Source: Candidatus Altimarinota bacterium
GTDB taxonomy: Bacteria; Patescibacteriota; Gracilibacteria; UBA4473
NCBI GenBank assembly: GCA_020631075.1
Contig: JAHDHX010000001.1
Coordinates: forward strand, 11,283-75,282
Direction: 5' to 3'
DNA: 64,000 bases
Below the pieces are notes generated by a model. The model saw only the letters and a program-made list of their open reading frames with translations. It did not search any database and was not told the origin of the DNA. The position numbers and the translations under genes are program-made. Each line of letters opens with the position of its first letter. Position 1 is the stretch's first letter. Shown here piece by piece: positions 46,156 through 55,694 of this stretch.

Positions 46156-46330
46156 GCTCTTTTGCCCACGGAAACTCTCTGTGATCGGTGGTAGGTAAGG
46201 TTTAGGTTATGATAGGTGGTCCTTTGGGGCTGTGCTGTGTGATCTAGGCGGGGTCTGAAAAAGGGCTTGGCTCAAAAAATTGAGCGTCATGACTACTTCC
46301 AAGTGACCAAGAGAAAGTCTCGTGGCAAAA
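46156..46330 (+). ncRNA. Structured RNA/leader (~175 nt) upstream of rplP; identity unknown
   Basis: Closing stem TTTTGCCCACGGAAACTCTCT (46160-80) / AGAGAAAGTCTCGTGGCAAAA (46310-30); internal GU-rich hairpin GTTTAGGTTAT/GTGATCTAGGC; GCTCAA/TTGAGC hairpin inside CTTGG/CCAAG. Confidence 0.5.
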
Positions 46331-46391
46331 ATGATATTGCTTTGTTTGTGCGCTCAAAACTGGGTGCCTGACTCCAACCAACATCTCATCT

Positions 46392-46808
46392 ATGCTTCAG
46401 CCTAAGAAGACTAAATTCCGCCGCACTCATCGCTTGCGTTCGCAAGGGAAGGGGATAGCGCGTCGCGGGGCAACGATTGCTTTCGGGACGATCGCCCTGA
46501 AGGCGGTGACTGGGGGGGAGATTACTTCGCGGCAGATAGAGGCGGCTCGTCGGACAATTACGCGGACGCTCAAGCGGGGGGGGAAGGTGTGGATTCGTGT
46601 ATTCCCTGACCGAGTGGTAACCGCCAAGGGGGCGGAGGTGCCGATGGGTTCTGGGAAAGGGGCGCCTGACTACTGGGTGCAGCAGGTTCATCCTGGTCGA
46701 GTACTCTTTGAGGTGGCGGGGGTCGACGAAGAGACAATGCGACACGCGTTGTCATTGGCGGCGTATAAATTGCCGTTTAAGTGTAAGGTTGTAACTCCTG
46801 AACTTTAA
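46392..46808 (+). CDS. rplP: 50S ribosomal protein L16
   Basis: [33 protein letters not shown]. Confidence 0.98.
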   Translation: MLQPKKTKFRRTHRLRSQGKGIARRGATIAFGTIALKAVTGGEITSRQIEAARRTITRTLKRGGKVWIRVFPDRVVTAKGAEVPMGSGKGAPDYWVQQVHPGRVLFEVAGVDEETMRHALSLAAYKLPFKCKVVTPEL

Positions 46809-46809
46809 T

Positions 46810-47016
46810 ATGACTATTCAAGAAATACGACAATTGACGTTGAAAAAGCTCTGGGTGAAAATCCGTGAGATGCGTCGCGAGCTGGCTGCGCTGCGATTCC
46901 ACGCGGCGACGGGACAGAACCAAGACACGGCCAAGGTGTCGAAAGCAAAAAAAACGATTGCGCGGATGCTGGCGGTGGCGCAGGAAAAGCAAGTTGTAAC
47001 TGATACTCAAGCATGA
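46810..47016 (+). CDS. rpmC: 50S ribosomal protein L29
   Basis: EIR, EL..LRF..ATGQ, KKTIAR; lies between rplP and rpsQ. Confidence 0.93.
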   Translation: MTIQEIRQLTLKKLWVKIREMRRELAALRFHAATGQNQDTAKVSKAKKTIARMLAVAQEKQVVTDTQA

Positions 47017-47258
47017 TTACGAAAAAAGGTGCGGTTGTGAAAATCTCTGGCCAGAAGACGGTCAAGGTGGAGGTGCATGAATATCGTGCGCATCCGAAAT
47101 ATAAAAAGCGGTACCGTGTGACTAAGCGTTTTCTGGTGCATGATGAAACGGAAAAAGCGAAGATGGGTGATACGGTGACGATTGCGCCGTGTAAGCCTGT
47201 GTCAAAACAGAAAGCCTGGGTGCTGGTGTCGGTTGATTCTTCAGAGCCAACTGAATAA
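47013..47258 (+). CDS. rpsQ: 30S ribosomal protein S17
   Basis: G.VV, KTV.V, HPKYKK, VHDE, GD.V.I..CKPVSK.K.W. Confidence 0.97.
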   Translation: MITKKGAVVKISGQKTVKVEVHEYRAHPKYKKRYRVTKRFLVHDETEKAKMGDTVTIAPCKPVSKQKAWVLVSVDSSEPTE

Positions 47259-47626
47259 TGATCCAACATATGACCCGTTTGCGAGTGGCTGACAATACTG
47301 GAGCCAAGTATGTGATGTGCATCAAAGTGCTGGGGGGGTCAAAGCGACGGTATGCGCGTGTGGGGGACGTGATCATCTGTAGCGTGAAGCAGGCTTCGCC
47401 AAAGGGGGTGGTGAAAAAGAAGTCTGTGCAGCGAGCGGTGGTGGTGCGCCAAAAGTCAACGATCAAGCGTAAAGATGGTTCGGCGCTACGGTTTGATGAA
47501 AACGCGGTGGTGATCATTAACCCTGAGGGGCAGCCGAAGGGCACGCGGGTGTTTGGCCCGGTGGCGCGTGAGCTGCGGGGGCGGGGGTACCAAAAAATTG
47601 TTTCTCTTGCACCTGAAGTCGTATGA
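47258..47626 (+). CDS. rplN: 50S ribosomal protein L14
   Basis: [42 protein letters not shown]. Confidence 0.98.
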   Translation: MIQHMTRLRVADNTGAKYVMCIKVLGGSKRRYARVGDVIICSVKQASPKGVVKKKSVQRAVVVRQKSTIKRKDGSALRFDENAVVIINPEGQPKGTRVFGPVARELRGRGYQKIVSLAPEVV

Positions 47627-47967
47627 AGATCCTCGTAGGGGACACTGTCGTTGTCCGAACTGGTAAAGATAAAGGGAAAACTGGCAAAGTGCTAGCTTTC
47701 ACGAAAGATAAAAAACGTGTGCTGGTAGAAGGGGTGGGGGCGGTGATAAAGCACGTGAAGCCGCGACAAGGAGCGGAGGGGGGGCGCGTGGAAACATTTG
47801 CGCCGATAGATGTCTCGAACGTGGGGGTGTTGGACGAGAAGTCTGGGAAGGCTTCACGGGTGGGGTATAGCTTTGACAAAGCGGGGGTGAAGTCGCGGAT
47901 GCTGAAGAGTACGGGGGCGGTGCTGCCGAATAATTTCAGCCGATCAACTAAAGGTAAAACTGTCTAG
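47623..47967 (+). CDS. rplX: 50S ribosomal protein L24
   Basis: KOW motif [29 protein letters not shown]. Confidence 0.97.
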   Translation: MKILVGDTVVVRTGKDKGKTGKVLAFTKDKKRVLVEGVGAVIKHVKPRQGAEGGRVETFAPIDVSNVGVLDEKSGKASRVGYSFDKAGVKSRMLKSTGAVLPNNFSRSTKGKTV

Positions 47968-47969
47968 CC

Positions 47970-48542
47970 ATGATTACTGATTCACGATTGTATGACGCGT
48001 ATATGACTGAGGTTCGACCTCAGCTCATGAAAGACCTTGGCATTACGAATGCGATGGAGGTGCCGCGGGTAGAAAAAGTGGTGATTAACGTTGGTATGGG
48101 ATCATACTTACGGAAGCTCAATTCAAAGGATTACTCCTTTGTGCTCGATAACATTACCAATATTGCGGGGCAAAAGCCCGTGGTGCAAAAAGCGAAGCTG
48201 TCGGTGTCGAACTTTAAGCTCCGTGAAGGGCAGCCAGTCGGGGTGTCGGTGACGCTGCGCAAGAAGGCGGCGTATAACTTCCTCGATAAACTGATTAACA
48301 TTGTCTACCCGCGGGTGCGGGACTTCCGTGGGGTGCGCTCAGTGTGCTTTGATAAATTTGGAAACTGTAGTGTGGGATTTAAAGATCACACGGTGTTTCC
48401 TGAAGGGAAGTTGCCTGAAGATAGTCGGAAAATCCATGGTGTGCAGGTTACTATTGTGACCTCGGCCACAGACAAAGATGGAGCGAAGGCGCTGCTGGAT
48501 GCGTTTAGTTTCCCGTTCATTAAACCAGTAACTCAAGCTTAA
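47970..48542 (+). CDS. rplE: 50S ribosomal protein L5
   Basis: [36 protein letters not shown]. Confidence 0.98.
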   Translation: MITDSRLYDAYMTEVRPQLMKDLGITNAMEVPRVEKVVINVGMGSYLRKLNSKDYSFVLDNITNIAGQKPVVQKAKLSVSNFKLREGQPVGVSVTLRKKAAYNFLDKLINIVYPRVRDFRGVRSVCFDKFGNCSVGFKDHTVFPEGKLPEDSRKIHGVQVTIVTSATDKDGAKALLDAFSFPFIKPVTQA

Positions 48543-48544
48543 AT

Positions 48545-48769
48545 ATGGTACGCAAAGCAATTGTTCACAAGTCGACGAAATTTATGGAGCGGGTGATCCG
48601 CGCGCGGAAGGAGGGCCGCAAGGTGGCGAAGTCCACGCGGGCGTATAATCGCTGTGCTTTATGTGGTCGTGCGCGGGGGTATATGCGTGATTTTGGAATT
48701 TGCCGGTGTTGTTTCCGTGAACTGGCGGAACAGGGAATGATCCCTGGTGTGCGTAAGTCTTCTTGGTAA
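48545..48769 (+). CDS. rpsN: 30S ribosomal protein S14, zinc-binding type
   Basis: [30 protein letters not shown]. Confidence 0.97.
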   Translation: MVRKAIVHKSTKFMERVIRARKEGRKVAKSTRAYNRCALCGRARGYMRDFGICRCCFRELAEQGMIPGVRKSSW

Positions 48770-48784
48770 AAAATTGATTGAACT

Positions 48785-49159
48785 ATGACTGATCCTATTG
48801 CTGACTTTTTGACTCGGATGCGGAACGCCCAAATGGTGAACCGTGCAGAGATCTCTGTGCCATTTTCTAAGTTGAAACTGGCAATCGCTGAAACTATGAA
48901 AAAGAACCGCTTTGTGGCGGACGTCTCAACTGATAAATCCGGGAAATTTCCGAAACTGGTGGTAAAGTTTGCTGAGAAGAAACTCTCACTCAAGCGAGTG
49001 TCCAAGCCTGGGCAGCGGATTTACAAGAGTTCTGAGTCACTGCGAAAAGTGAAGAATGGGTTTGGATGTTTGATTGTTTCGACGCCTCTGGGGGTGATGA
49101 CGGGGTATGAAGCGCGAGCGAAAAATGTGGGAGGGGAAGTACTTTGTGAAGTGAGTTAA
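48785..49159 (+). CDS. rpsH: 30S ribosomal protein S8
   Basis: TDPIADFLTRMRNA, RVSKPG.RIY, IVST..GVMT, GGEV. Confidence 0.98.
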   Translation: MTDPIADFLTRMRNAQMVNRAEISVPFSKLKLAIAETMKKNRFVADVSTDKSGKFPKLVVKFAEKKLSLKRVSKPGQRIYKSSESLRKVKNGFGCLIVSTPLGVMTGYEARAKNVGGEVLCEVS

Positions 49160-49161
49160 TC

Positions 49162-49710
49162 ATGAGTCGTATAGGAAAAAAGCCGTTATCGATCCCTGCG
49201 GGGGTGACATTCCAGATAGATGGGAATGTGATCACTGTAAAAGGTCCGAAAGGGGAAATGTCGCAGGCGTTTGAGCCTGAGTATGTGTCTATTACCCAAG
49301 ATGATGGCACGGTGACGGTGAACCGTAACGACGACACCAAGCCCGCACGGTCGCGACACGGTTTGTATCGTTCATTGATTCAAAATTTATTTGTGGGGGT
49401 GACGGATGGGTTTGCGAAGACTTTGGAGATCCGTGGGGTGGGGTACCGCGCGGCGTTGCAAGGGACAACTTTGGTATTGAATCTTGGGTATTCGCACCCG
49501 ATTAATTATGAGTTGCCACAAGGAATCGAAGTGAAGTTTAATGAGAAGGAAAATAATGTGTTTACGGTGAGTGGAATCGACAAACAACAAGTGGGGCAAG
49601 TGGCAGCGGAGATTCGTTCGTTCCGCAAGCCTGAACCATATAAAGGGAAGGGAATTCGCTACCAAGATGAATATGTGGCGCGTAAAGCTGGTAAATCTGT
49701 GAAAGCATGA
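49162..49710 (+). CDS. rplF: 50S ribosomal protein L6
   Basis: [39 protein letters not shown]. Confidence 0.98.
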   Translation: MSRIGKKPLSIPAGVTFQIDGNVITVKGPKGEMSQAFEPEYVSITQDDGTVTVNRNDDTKPARSRHGLYRSLIQNLFVGVTDGFAKTLEIRGVGYRAALQGTTLVLNLGYSHPINYELPQGIEVKFNEKENNVFTVSGIDKQQVGQVAAEIRSFRKPEPYKGKGIRYQDEYVARKAGKSVKA

Positions 49711-50045
49711 GTAATACTACAACTAATCTTCGGCAGGCTCGGGCTCGGCGTACGCACGCGAAAGCGCGTATTGCGGGGCGGCCACGGCTGGTGGTGTTTC
49801 GTTCGAATAAGTACATTACGGCGCAGTTGATGGATGACGCGACGGGCAAAATAGTCTGTGGGGCGAGCAGCAAAGGCCTGAAAGGTACGGGCACTGAACG
49901 AGCCGCTGCCGTCGGAAAACAAGTGGCGGAAAAAGCCAAAGCGGCCAAAGTGGAAGCGGTGGCGTTTGACCGGAATGGGTTTTTGTATCACGGCCAAGTG
50001 AAAGCACTGGCTGACGCGGCTCGTGAAGCGGGCTTGTCCTTCTAA
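49707..50045 (+). CDS. rplR: 50S ribosomal protein L18
   Basis: [35 protein letters not shown]. Confidence 0.97.
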   Translation: MSNTTTNLRQARARRTHAKARIAGRPRLVVFRSNKYITAQLMDDATGKIVCGASSKGLKGTGTERAAAVGKQVAEKAKAAKVEAVAFDRNGFLYHGQVKALADAAREAGLSF

Positions 50046-50060
50046 GTTTACCTACACAAT

Positions 50061-50939
50061 ATGACTGAAGAAACAACGGCACCAAAGACAGAAGCAGCGG
50101 CACCAGTGGCTGATAAACCTGCGGCAACTGAAACGACTGAGAAGAAGCCAGAAGGCAAAGCTGCCGGTGAAGGCCGAGGCGCACGGGGTGGGCGCGGTGG
50201 AGGCCGAGGACGTGGACGCCGTGGGGGAGGGCGCGGGCGACGAACGCGTGAGCCGAAAGAATTTGAAGAGACAATTTTGCAAATTGACCGTGTGACGCGA
50301 GTGACCCGTGGGGGGCGACAGCTGCGGTTCCGTGTGTCGGTGGTAATCGGTGACCGTAAAGGTCGAGTGGGACTGGGGATCGGGAAATCGTCTGAAGTGC
50401 TGGGGGGGATCCGTAAGGCGGTGTCGATGGCGAAGAAGAACCTCGTGAAGGTGCCGATCTATGGGGAAACAATTCCGCATAATGTGCAGTCGAAATTTAA
50501 GGCTTCGCAAGTGACGCTGATGCCCGCCCAAGAGGGGAAAGGGGTGATTGCTGGGGGATCGGTGCGGAAGATTTTGGACTTGGCGGGCGTGAAAAACGTG
50601 CTGTCAAAGATGCACGGATCGCGTAACCCGATCAACACGGCGAAGGCGACGTTGATTGCTTTGAAAGAGTTGGAGCAGCAAGCGCCACCGCACATTCGCA
50701 ATCAGAAAAAGCAAGAAGCTAATGGGGAAGCGGGTCAGGGCGCAGTGAAGGCTGAAGCCAGCAAGCCAGCGAAAAAGAAGGCGGCCCCGAAAGTGAAAGC
50801 TGAAGCGGCGGAGAAAACCAAGACTGCAGCGGTAGATAAGCAAGAAGCGTCAGCCGTGAAAAAATCAGCTCCGAAGAAGGCTATGGATAAGGCAGCAGAA
50901 AAGTCTGCGCCTGAGGCTGAGAACCCGACTGAAGCATAA
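50061..50939 (+). CDS. rpsE: 30S ribosomal protein S5 with long N- and C-terminal low-complexity extensions
   Basis: RVTRVTRGGR, VVIGD..GRVG.G.GK, PA..G.GVIAGG, GSRNPIN; 292 aa overall. Confidence 0.97.
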   Translation: MTEETTAPKTEAAAPVADKPAATETTEKKPEGKAAGEGRGARGGRGGGRGRGRRGGGRGRRTREPKEFEETILQIDRVTRVTRGGRQLRFRVSVVIGDRKGRVGLGIGKSSEVLGGIRKAVSMAKKNLVKVPIYGETIPHNVQSKFKASQVTLMPAQEGKGVIAGGSVRKILDLAGVKNVLSKMHGSRNPINTAKATLIALKELEQQAPPHIRNQKKQEANGEAGQGAVKAEASKPAKKKAAPKVKAEAAEKTKTAAVDKQEASAVKKSAPKKAMDKAAEKSAPEAENPTEA

Positions 50940-50953
50940 CCCACAACCCAACC

Positions 50954-51391
50954 ATGAAACTGAACCAACTGCGTCCGAATATAAAAAAGCCTGCGCGTAA
51001 GCGCCGTGGGCAAGGAAATGGCACTGGAAATGGTACCTTTGCGGGGCGGGGGTGCAACGGCCAAAACGCCCGAGCGGGGGGTGGAGTGCGGCCTGGATTT
51101 GAGGGGGGGCAATCAGGGTTGCTGATGCGGATGCCGAAGCAACGAGGGTTCCGAAATCCGAACCGAGTGGTAGCCGACATCGTGCAAACGGCGCAGCTGG
51201 AAGCAGCGTATGCCGCGGGTGAGATTGTCAGCGTAGCGACGCTGCTGGAAAAGAAGCTGATCAGCGGGAAGAACGCGAAGGTCAAGATCCTCAATGACGG
51301 GGAAGTGACCAAGAGTCTGACCGTTGAAGGGGTGCTGGTGTCTGGGGCGGCCAAGACAGCGATAGAAAAAGCGGGGGGGATAGTGAAGTAG
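50954..51391 (+). CDS. rplO: 50S ribosomal protein L15
   Basis: RRGQG.G.G.G..AGRG..GQ.AR.G, GFEGGQ, RMPK.RGF, AIEKAGG. Confidence 0.97.
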   Translation: MKLNQLRPNIKKPARKRRGQGNGTGNGTFAGRGCNGQNARAGGGVRPGFEGGQSGLLMRMPKQRGFRNPNRVVADIVQTAQLEAAYAAGEIVSVATLLEKKLISGKNAKVKILNDGEVTKSLTVEGVLVSGAAKTAIEKAGGIVK

Positions 51392-51504
51392 AGGGGGTGT
51401 CTCTGTCACGGGGGGTGGCTTGATTGAAGATTTCGGTATGTGAAAAGCACTGCTTGGATGACAAGGGGTGTTTTTTGGTTTTGGTTGGTTAGAGGGGTTT
51501 GCTG

Positions 51505-51678
51505 GTGCCGACCAAATGCCCTGACCAACGACACGCTGAACAAATGGCGCTGCGCAATCCACGAAAGCTGTACGAACGGCCGTGCGGCGAGTGTGGGGAG
51601 ATGATGCAGACAACGTACGCACCCGATAGGCCAGAGCGAGTGCTGTGTGAGGGATGCTATCTGGCGGTGGTGCGGTGA
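51505..51678 (+). pseudogene. 57-codon ORF or gene remnant homologous to the C-terminal Zn-ribbon end of the Cys-rich protein at 61072-62733
   Basis: Manual translation VPTKCPDQRHAEQMALRNPRKLYERPCGECGEMMQTTYAPDRPERVLCEGCYLAVVR* aligns without gaps to LPRKSFWARHADRLALRLPRELHDRPCSVSGVPLRTPYHPDRPEQIVSEDVYNNEVV; in-frame TAG at 51490. Confidence 0.75.
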
Positions 51679-51744
51679 GGGGTTTTCTCTGTTTTTATAT
51701 CTAGAATGTTTTACTTATTTTTCTAAATAATATATTAATGAGTT

Positions 51745-52716
51745 ATGGAAAATATATCGGATCGGTTGCGTCAGGTGGGATTTTCGAAAGACAAGTCACA
51801 AGATAGAGATCTGAAAACTCTGGGAAAAATAGTAGAGAATATTAAGGCCACGGACATAACCTGTAAGGACATAGAGCTGGTGAGGGCGAGAAATTCGGAA
51901 TTAGTTGATGGACTGATAACTCAGTCTGGAAAAGATCAGTATTACTATTTTGGTATGATTGATCGGATACTGCGGTATACTGGGCAACCGTCTTTGATGG
52001 ATTGGCTGAGAACGTCAGAGTATAAAAAATTGCGGAAACTGAATACCCCTTTGGCTGAATTTTTTGAGGAGCGTTTTGGTCAGGCTGTTGAAAACATTTT
52101 AGGTGAAAAGATTGAATCAATGGAAGATGCAGACGAGCTTGAAATTTTGCGCTTGATGCAGATTGAAGCGTTTGATCGGTTGGGGGAAAACACAGTTGAG
52201 CCGAGTGAGACGGTACTGGGGTATATATTAGAACGGCTGGAACTAGGAGACACGAAGGTGAACTGGCAGAAATTTATTGAGTATCGGATCACAAAAAGTA
52301 ATAGCATTACACCAGCGGTGGTGAACTTCATAGCGCAGGCGTCGCCAGTGGGAGTGGGTGACGCGCTGGCTAATAAAATAACAGATACTTTTTTACCATA
52401 TTTTGCTCAACAAGCTTTAGAAGAGGGGAAGTTTAATAGTCGTTCAAACTTTGTGTTGTACGTTGTGCCAAAGACAACTGCGAGTCTTGCTCTATTAAAC
52501 AAGGCGCCAGTCATACGGGATATGATTGAGGGTGGATACAGTTTTGCTGCGACGAATCTGTTTGATGAATCTGATTTTAATACGGAAATGAGTGAAAAAC
52601 AAAAAAATAGATTTGTAAAAACTCTTAAGAAATCTAGGAAATTTGAACAGATGTTGAATGATAAGACGGTGCTAGCGAGTGCGATCAAAAAATTCTGTGC
52701 CTTGAGTCGTTCTTAG
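51745..52716 (+). CDS. Hypothetical protein, AT-rich
   Basis: 323-aa ORF with ordinary globular composition and lower GC than the flanks; no family recognised. Confidence 0.7.
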   Translation: MENISDRLRQVGFSKDKSQDRDLKTLGKIVENIKATDITCKDIELVRARNSELVDGLITQSGKDQYYYFGMIDRILRYTGQPSLMDWLRTSEYKKLRKLNTPLAEFFEERFGQAVENILGEKIESMEDADELEILRLMQIEAFDRLGENTVEPSETVLGYILERLELGDTKVNWQKFIEYRITKSNSITPAVVNFIAQASPVGVGDALANKITDTFLPYFAQQALEEGKFNSRSNFVLYVVPKTTASLALLNKAPVIRDMIEGGYSFAATNLFDESDFNTEMSEKQKNRFVKTLKKSRKFEQMLNDKTVLASAIKKFCALSRS

Positions 52717-52717
52717 T

Positions 52718-54949
52718 TTAGACAATCGGTTCGTCGAACTCGTCGTTGGTGAGGTGGGGGCCGGTGGTGGTGTCTGAGGTACTTGAATCTGGGTCGTATT
52801 TGCCTTCCTCCCACTGGGTGAGGATGTGGGTGACTTCGGACACGGGGCGGGCGTAGTGCTGGCGGGAGTAGTCGATGGCGGCCTGGGCGTGGTGGTCTTT
52901 CGGAAGGTACATGTCCATGGTGCGGCCGCTGAAGGCTTCGCAGAGTTCGCCGTCGATGGACATCTTGGTATAAAAATTTCGTACGCCGAGGTTGATGATG
53001 TCGCGCTCGCTGAAGCGGGGGTTGTATTCTTCTGAAAGAATGGTGGCGTCTTCGCCGCCGACGCGGAAGCTGATCATTGACCCGACATTGCCAAACACGG
53101 TTGTGCGGATGCGGTCGGTCAGTTGCCCGAGGAACTGGTGGGCGATGGTGAGACAGAGGCGGTACTTCCGAGCTTCGGAGAGGATCTCGTCAAAGGTGTC
53201 GGTGGCGAAGTTTTGGAATTCGTCGACGTAGAGGTAGTAGTCGACGCGGTCTTCCTCCGACGTGTCAGCGCGGGACATGGCGGCTTGGTATAACTTGGTG
53301 ATGACGATAGCGCCCAGCAAGGCGGCATTTTCTTCGCCTAAGATTCCTTTGCTGACCTTCATGAGGAAGATTTTTTGGTTGTCCATGATGTCGCGGAAGT
53401 CGATGCGGTTTTCGGGTTGGCCGACGATGTTGCGGATCATGTTGGTGGAGACGAACTGGCCGACCTTGTTGAGGAGGGGGGTGATGGCTTCATTGTCGAA
53501 TTTCTCAGACCAGCCAGCGAACTCGTTGACCCAGAAGTTTTTGACGACGTTATCTTGGATATTGCGCACTATGGTCTGGCGGTAGTTTTTGTCGGTGAGC
53601 ATCTTCAAAATACTCAAGATGGTGGTGCCGGGGGTGTCGAGCAGGGCGAGGGTGGTGTAGCGTAGGACGTGTTCGAGCCGGGGGGACCAGTTGGCGCCGA
53701 AGAGCTTTTTGAAAATTTCAATAAAGCCGATGGTGACGCGGATCTTGAGTTCGGGGGGGACTTGTTCGATGGGGTTAAACGAGATGGGGAAGTCGAGGTC
53801 GGAGGGGTCGAAGATGACGACGTCTTTGAGTCGCTCGGGGGGGATCATCTTGAGCACGTTGTCGACGAGGTCGCCGTGGGGGTCGAGCACGCCGACGCCT
53901 TTGCCGGCTTTGATGTCATTTTGGATGAGGAGTTCGAGGAGTTTGGATTTGCCTGAGCCTGACTTCCCCACGGAGTAGAGGTGGCGGCGGCGGTCGCCTC
54001 GCTTGATGCCGAAGGGGATCTGCTGGCCGTGGAAGTTGGTGGTGCCGAAAAAGGAGATGTTGTCGTCGTTGCGGTCGGTGGGGAGGGCGGCGGGGGGTTC
54101 GGCCTTCTTAAACAAGACGTGGATGATGTTGGGGACTTCGTGTTCGTTGGGCAGATGGTAGATGGTGGTGAGCTCGTCGGCTGAGAGCATAAAACTGTTG
54201 CTGAGGCGGCGCTTCTGGAAGTCTTTGAGTGCGCCGAAGCCTTTGCGGATGGAGCCGACTTTGATCTGGTTGAAGTCCAGCGTGTTGTAGTTGGACAAGG
54301 CGCCGAAGATGGCGCGGAGTTTTTGCTCGGGGACGGATTTGGAGTGGCTGGAGTAGGTGGCGATGCGGATGGTGGTTTCGAACTGGCGCTGGGCGATCTT
54401 GGCGTCTATGGCGGCGGAAAATGACTGGGCGACGTCACGTTTGAACCAATATTTCACCCGAAAGGCTTGGCGAATGCGGTCGAGCCGTTTGCGCCAGCCG
54501 AGCTTAAAGTGGTGGAGGCCCGTGTCGGACACGGGTTGGGTGACGATCTGCAGCCAGATGCCTTCGCCTGGTTTGGATTTCGACAAGACGCTCAGCAACC
54601 CTGAAATAGAGTCGCCGTCGAACTGGTCGTATGTCTTGAGCGGGAAGATGCTGCTGCGCACGAGGGTGACTTCGCTGGAGGCGAAGTGGGTGTTTTGGCT
54701 GAGCTTCCGCGTGAAGTCGGGGATGGGGATGATGTCGGCGGTGGGGGCCATGGCGTAGATCTGCCCTTCGACCACGGCGAGGGTGGCTTCATCAGCCGTG
54801 AAGCAAAAGCCGATATTTTGCCCCATGGCAACGATCTCCCACGCGACCTTGGCGCCGCGGCTAGTTTCGTGCAGCTGGACGAGCACCTCCCGAAAAGCGG
54901 CGGCTTTTTTTTGGTTGTCTTGCGGGATGCGGATCAAGCGGGTGGGCAT
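52718..54949 (-). CDS. VirD4/TraG/HerA-like P-loop ATPase, paralog of 13155-15623 without a clear N-terminal TM
   Basis: DRRRHLYSVGKSGSGKS, LDPHGDL, YVDEFQNF, LSEARKY, HQFLGQ, VFGNVGS. Confidence 0.88.
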   Translation of the reverse strand: MPTRLIRIPQDNQKKAAAFREVLVQLHETSRGAKVAWEIVAMGQNIGFCFTADEATLAVVEGQIYAMAPTADIIPIPDFTRKLSQNTHFASSEVTLVRSSIFPLKTYDQFDGDSISGLLSVLSKSKPGEGIWLQIVTQPVSDTGLHHFKLGWRKRLDRIRQAFRVKYWFKRDVAQSFSAAIDAKIAQRQFETTIRIATYSSHSKSVPEQKLRAIFGALSNYNTLDFNQIKVGSIRKGFGALKDFQKRRLSNSFMLSADELTTIYHLPNEHEVPNIIHVLFKKAEPPAALPTDRNDDNISFFGTTNFHGQQIPFGIKRGDRRRHLYSVGKSGSGKSKLLELLIQNDIKAGKGVGVLDPHGDLVDNVLKMIPPERLKDVVIFDPSDLDFPISFNPIEQVPPELKIRVTIGFIEIFKKLFGANWSPRLEHVLRYTTLALLDTPGTTILSILKMLTDKNYRQTIVRNIQDNVVKNFWVNEFAGWSEKFDNEAITPLLNKVGQFVSTNMIRNIVGQPENRIDFRDIMDNQKIFLMKVSKGILGEENAALLGAIVITKLYQAAMSRADTSEEDRVDYYLYVDEFQNFATDTFDEILSEARKYRLCLTIAHQFLGQLTDRIRTTVFGNVGSMISFRVGGEDATILSEEYNPRFSERDIINLGVRNFYTKMSIDGELCEAFSGRTMDMYLPKDHHAQAAIDYSRQHYARPVSEVTHILTQWEEGKYDPDSSTSDTTTGPHLTNDEFDEPIV

Positions 54950-55056
54950 GGGGAGATTTTCCTCCTTATGATAGCAGAAAATGGCTTGCTGGGCACGGAG
55001 AGATAGGCGAGAATGCGGCTGGAAAAAATTACTTGCTTCACAAAAAAACAGACCCC

Positions 55057-55620
55057 ATGACGGAAAATGTAGAAACGGTGGCGGGACGGAACCTGGAACA
55101 AGATGGGGCGCTGATAGAACAGATGATGGCGGAAGAGGCGCTGCGAGAGGAGATCCGTGAGGAGCTGAAAAATGTGCTGGGGGCGCGGGCGCGGGTGGAA
55201 CTGTTTGCGGAGATGATGGACAAATATGGACTGGACGCGGTGCTGGGAATGGTGCCTTTGCCCGTGGCGCCAGAGGCGGCGACGGCCGTGGCGCAGAGTG
55301 TGTACCTCCTTGCGGAGGCGGGCAATGCGGGGCTGTCGAAGATGGATATGTTGAAAATAGTGGGGCTGGAGACGGCAGATTTCTTTGTGGGGGTGGCGGG
55401 GATGAAAACGGGGGTATTGGATTACCTCTTTAAGGCGAATAAGCAGGCGGCGAAGTACTTTGCCCGGCAAGAAGAAGCGGTGGTGGCCCGAGCCAAAGAA
55501 CTGGGGCTGACCGAAGAGCAGATAGCGGAAATCCGCCAAGAGGCGTCGATCTTCCCGCGGATAGGGAAAAAGGTATTGTCGCTTGACTCATTGGGCAAAA
55601 GCAAAGAAAAGAGTGTTTAA
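55057..55620 (+). CDS. DUF4112-like protein
   Basis: MDKYGLDAVLGMVP, YLL.EA..AGL, D.FVG, LDYLFKAN pattern. Confidence 0.65.
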   Translation: MTENVETVAGRNLEQDGALIEQMMAEEALREEIREELKNVLGARARVELFAEMMDKYGLDAVLGMVPLPVAPEAATAVAQSVYLLAEAGNAGLSKMDMLKIVGLETADFFVGVAGMKTGVLDYLFKANKQAAKYFARQEEAVVARAKELGLTEEQIAEIRQEASIFPRIGKKVLSLDSLGKSKEKSV

Positions 55621-55694
55621 GTGGGGGGAAGTGTTACTTTTTGCTGCGGGGAACGATAGCGCAAGTGAGTGGGGGGGAATTTCAACCAAAGTGT

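Noticed and set aside
51505-51678. DGR template repeat for the Cys-rich gene
   Set aside because: The similarity is only at protein level, differences are not confined to adenines, and no reverse transcriptase is present in the window.
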